DNA of 64,000 bases from an uncultured bacterium (GTDB lineage: Bacteria > Desulfobacterota_D > UBA1144 > Nemesobacterales > UBA2774), in assembly GCA_963825135.1 (NCBI GenBank), contig CAWGRW010000009.1, forward strand, positions 576,001 to 640,000, read 5' to 3'. Position 1 is the first letter of the stretch; each line of letters starts with the position of its first letter. The notes below the pieces were generated by a model. It had not been told where the DNA came from. It saw nothing but the letters and a program-made list of their open reading frames with translations, and searched no databases. The translations under genes and the position numbers were made by a program. Shown piece after piece: positions 61,703 to 64,000 of the stretch.

Positions 61703-61879
61703 TAGGAACTCCGGAGAATTTACGTATCGGTATGAGTTTCAGGATATTAACACATCCTGAGTTTTTCCACAAAAACTATGCGCGGGAAAGAGGGATTTCG
61801 CGGCGACTGCCCTGATTTTTTTTGTAATTAAAAATCCCCTTACGTATAATCTTAATGCTCCGGCAAGGATCAATCCACC

Positions 61880-63085
61880 ATGGCAGTCATCCCTGGACGC
61901 GCCGTAAACGCTATCCGTGAATTTCTCAAGCTCGAATCAGCCAGCGGGATTATTCTGGTGGGAGCGGCGGTCCTCGCCATGATACTGAGCAACTCGCCTC
62001 TATCGGGCCTCTACGATCTTCTTCTGGACACCCCCGTGGAGATAAGAGTAGGGGCGCTTCAGCTGGCCAAGCCCCTCCTCCTGTGGATTAACGACGGCCT
62101 CATGGCGGTGTTCTTCCTCCTCATCGGTCTCGAAATAAAGCGCGAGGTGCTGGACGGACAGCTGTCCAGTCTTTCTCAAATCGCCCTCCCGGGTATAGCG
62201 GCTCTGGGGGGCATGGCCGTGCCCGCCCTGATATACGTATTTTTCAATTTCAGTTACCCCGGGGGATTACACGGGTGGGCTATTCCGGCGGCGACGGACA
62301 TCGCGTTCGCTCTCGGCGTCATGACGCTGCTCGGTTCCCGTGTGCCGCTCTCCCTGAAGCTCTTCCTCCTGACCCTCGCGATAATAGACGACCTCGGGGC
62401 TATAGTGATAATCGCTGTCTTCTATTCGGGGAAGCTGTCCCTCGTATCCCTCGTCCTGGCGGGAATCTCGGTGGCGGCGCTTGCGGCGATGAACCTGATG
62501 GGCGTGAAGAGGATAACGGCGTATGTGATAGTCGGCGTGATATTGTGGATATGCGTGCTGAAATCGGGGGTGCACGCGACGCTCGCGGGGGTCGTGCTCG
62601 CCCTGGCGATCCCCATGAGGACGAAGGAAGAGGAGCCCTGTCCGCTCCGGGAGCTCGAACACACGCTCCATCCCTGGGTGGCGTTCTGCATCATGCCCGT
62701 ATTCGCTTTCGCAAACGCGGGCGTGTCGCTCGAGGGAATGAGCGTGTTCACGATATTCGAGCCCGTTCCCGTGGGGGTCGCGCTCGGCCTTTTTCTCGGC
62801 AAGCAGCTCGGGGTGTTCGGGTTCGCGAAGCTATGCATAAAGCTGGGACTGGCAAAAATGCCCGAAGGAGCGAACTGGCTCTCGCTTTACGGGACGTCGG
62901 TCCTGTGCGGTATAGGCTTTACCATGAGCTTATTTATCAGCACGCTGGCCTTCGACCCGGGCATGGCGGAGGACGGCATATCGGCGAGGCTGGGCATCCT
63001 GACGGGGTCGTTCGTCTCGGCCGTATGCGGGTATCTGATATTAAAATACGCTCTGACGAAGAAAACTGACCAGGGCGAGCAATGA
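61880..63085 (+). CDS. nhaA: Na+/H+ antiporter NhaA
   Basis: [39 protein letters not shown]. Confidence 0.97.
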   Translation: MAVIPGRAVNAIREFLKLESASGIILVGAAVLAMILSNSPLSGLYDLLLDTPVEIRVGALQLAKPLLLWINDGLMAVFFLLIGLEIKREVLDGQLSSLSQIALPGIAALGGMAVPALIYVFFNFSYPGGLHGWAIPAATDIAFALGVMTLLGSRVPLSLKLFLLTLAIIDDLGAIVIIAVFYSGKLSLVSLVLAGISVAALAAMNLMGVKRITAYVIVGVILWICVLKSGVHATLAGVVLALAIPMRTKEEEPCPLRELEHTLHPWVAFCIMPVFAFANAGVSLEGMSVFTIFEPVPVGVALGLFLGKQLGVFGFAKLCIKLGLAKMPEGANWLSLYGTSVLCGIGFTMSLFISTLAFDPGMAEDGISARLGILTGSFVSAVCGYLILKYALTKKTDQGEQ

Positions 63086-63125
63086 ATATAAACTATTCGA
63101 CCGGGGCCCCGGACGGAGCATGGCC

Positions 63126-63729
63126 ATGCAGGACCGCATAAAAGGAATCGCTACTTTTCGTATCGCTTTTCTACATCACCTTCTATCTCCCGATGACTCT
63201 GACTTTTTACGCCCCCCAGTGGATGAAGCTCAACTGCGAATGGCACGAAAGGTGCCAAGCCATAGGCTTCGATAAGGCATACAACGGGATAGACGAGCTC
63301 GCCTCATTTTTCAGACACAGCGGAGGACTCGAAAGTTTCTGGACTCAGAAAGAAAAACTGCATTTAACGGAAGTGCGCGGCATGTTCGATAAGATGCTCG
63401 CTGGCGGGGCGGCGGCGCTCATATTGCTATTGCTGACCTACGACCGCAAGCGGGCCTCCCGCTACGCGCTCGTAAACGCGGCGATTATTCTATGCCTTCT
63501 CCTGGTGCTCCCCTTTTTCACGACGTTCTGGAGGGACGTGTTCCACCCGCTCCTGTTTAAAAACAACCTCTGGATGAACAACAGGTTCGACCTTTCCTTC
63601 TATATCATGCCGAGACAGTTCTTTAAATATACGGTTGCGCTGCTGGTACTGCTCTCGGTGTCGATAAACGTAATTCTCTGGCTAGTGCTGCGCGAAGGGA
63701 AGAAGAAAAAGGGAAAGATAAAACCCTAG
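63126..63729 (+). CDS. DUF1461-like membrane protein with an interrupted 5' end
   Basis: E..H..EVR..F, F..FW..FH..LF.N..W motifs; an in-frame TM segment upstream of the called ATG 63193 is cut off by TAA 63139. Confidence 0.6.
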
Positions 63730-64000
63730 TCGAATATATCGTTGAAATCGCAGACGTCCGAATCGATGCAGTGGTTGAAGTCCGGCTTGTTGCTGTGATC
63801 GGGCGCCATGCCGTACCTGTGGGCGAGCTCGTGCTTCCATACTATGAACTCCCCGCAGCCCGCGAAGCCGCCCTCGGAAAGCGCGATCGCGTCGAGAGCG
63901 GGGAAATATTCGCCCCCGCACTCGCTTGTGCCCTCGGCCTCGCACTCGAAGCGGTTCGGCACCACGTATACTCGGAGCTCGGACAGGGGCGGGACGACTG
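63726..64000 (-). CDS. Partial gene (5' end outside the window): Cys-rich protein with an HExxH zinc-peptidase motif
   Basis: Frame open to the window edge; HELAHRYGMAPDH; 5 Cys in the last 79 aa. Confidence 0.6.
   Translation of the reverse strand, partial: VVPPLSELRVYVVPNRFECEAEGTSECGGEYFPALDAIALSEGGFAGCGEFIVWKHELAHRYGMAPDHSNKPDFNHCIDSDVCDFNDIFD

Overview
A 64 kb stretch of bacterial core chromosome with no mobile elements, CRISPR arrays or rRNA. Gene content and style suggest a deltaproteobacteria-related lineage, possibly Ca. Dadabacteria / Desulfobacterota_D (inference only). Contents in order: aminotransferase, coaD, rsmD, fmt, DHH phosphoesterase, trpA/trpB/trpF, a small surface-glycan cluster (two SGNH proteins, flippase, GT4), two orphan ORFs, a 10xLysM-NlpC/P60 hydrolase, xerC-hslVU, a chlorite dismutase/ChdC-family gene, argBDF, a ClpX paralogue coupled to rimO, F420 genes cofH/cofG/cofD, a PpiD-like gene, a J-domain/TPR protein, smc (split by a +1 frameshift), secA, MoxR, pterin/folate genes, thiD, tRNA-Ile2(CAU), a Zn-ribbon protein, RNase HI, rnpB, tyrS, hpt, YqeY, PepF, two signalling genes with sigma54-like promoters, and assorted enzymes and transporters including nhaA. 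Best leads: (1) a dense, helically phased DnaA-box cluster between convergent folK and folD (candidate oriC or DnaA-titration locus away from dnaA); (2) a lytic transglycosylase fused to a GspC/PilP-like domain, with a free-standing secretin N0 domain protein 12 kb away; (3) a SecA carrying a ~50-aa insert that resembles the Thermotoga/Aquifex one; (4) a zinc-finger-less ClpX paralogue coupled to rimO; (5) several apparently leaderless housekeeping genes. All family assignments come from reading motifs by eye; no searches were run.
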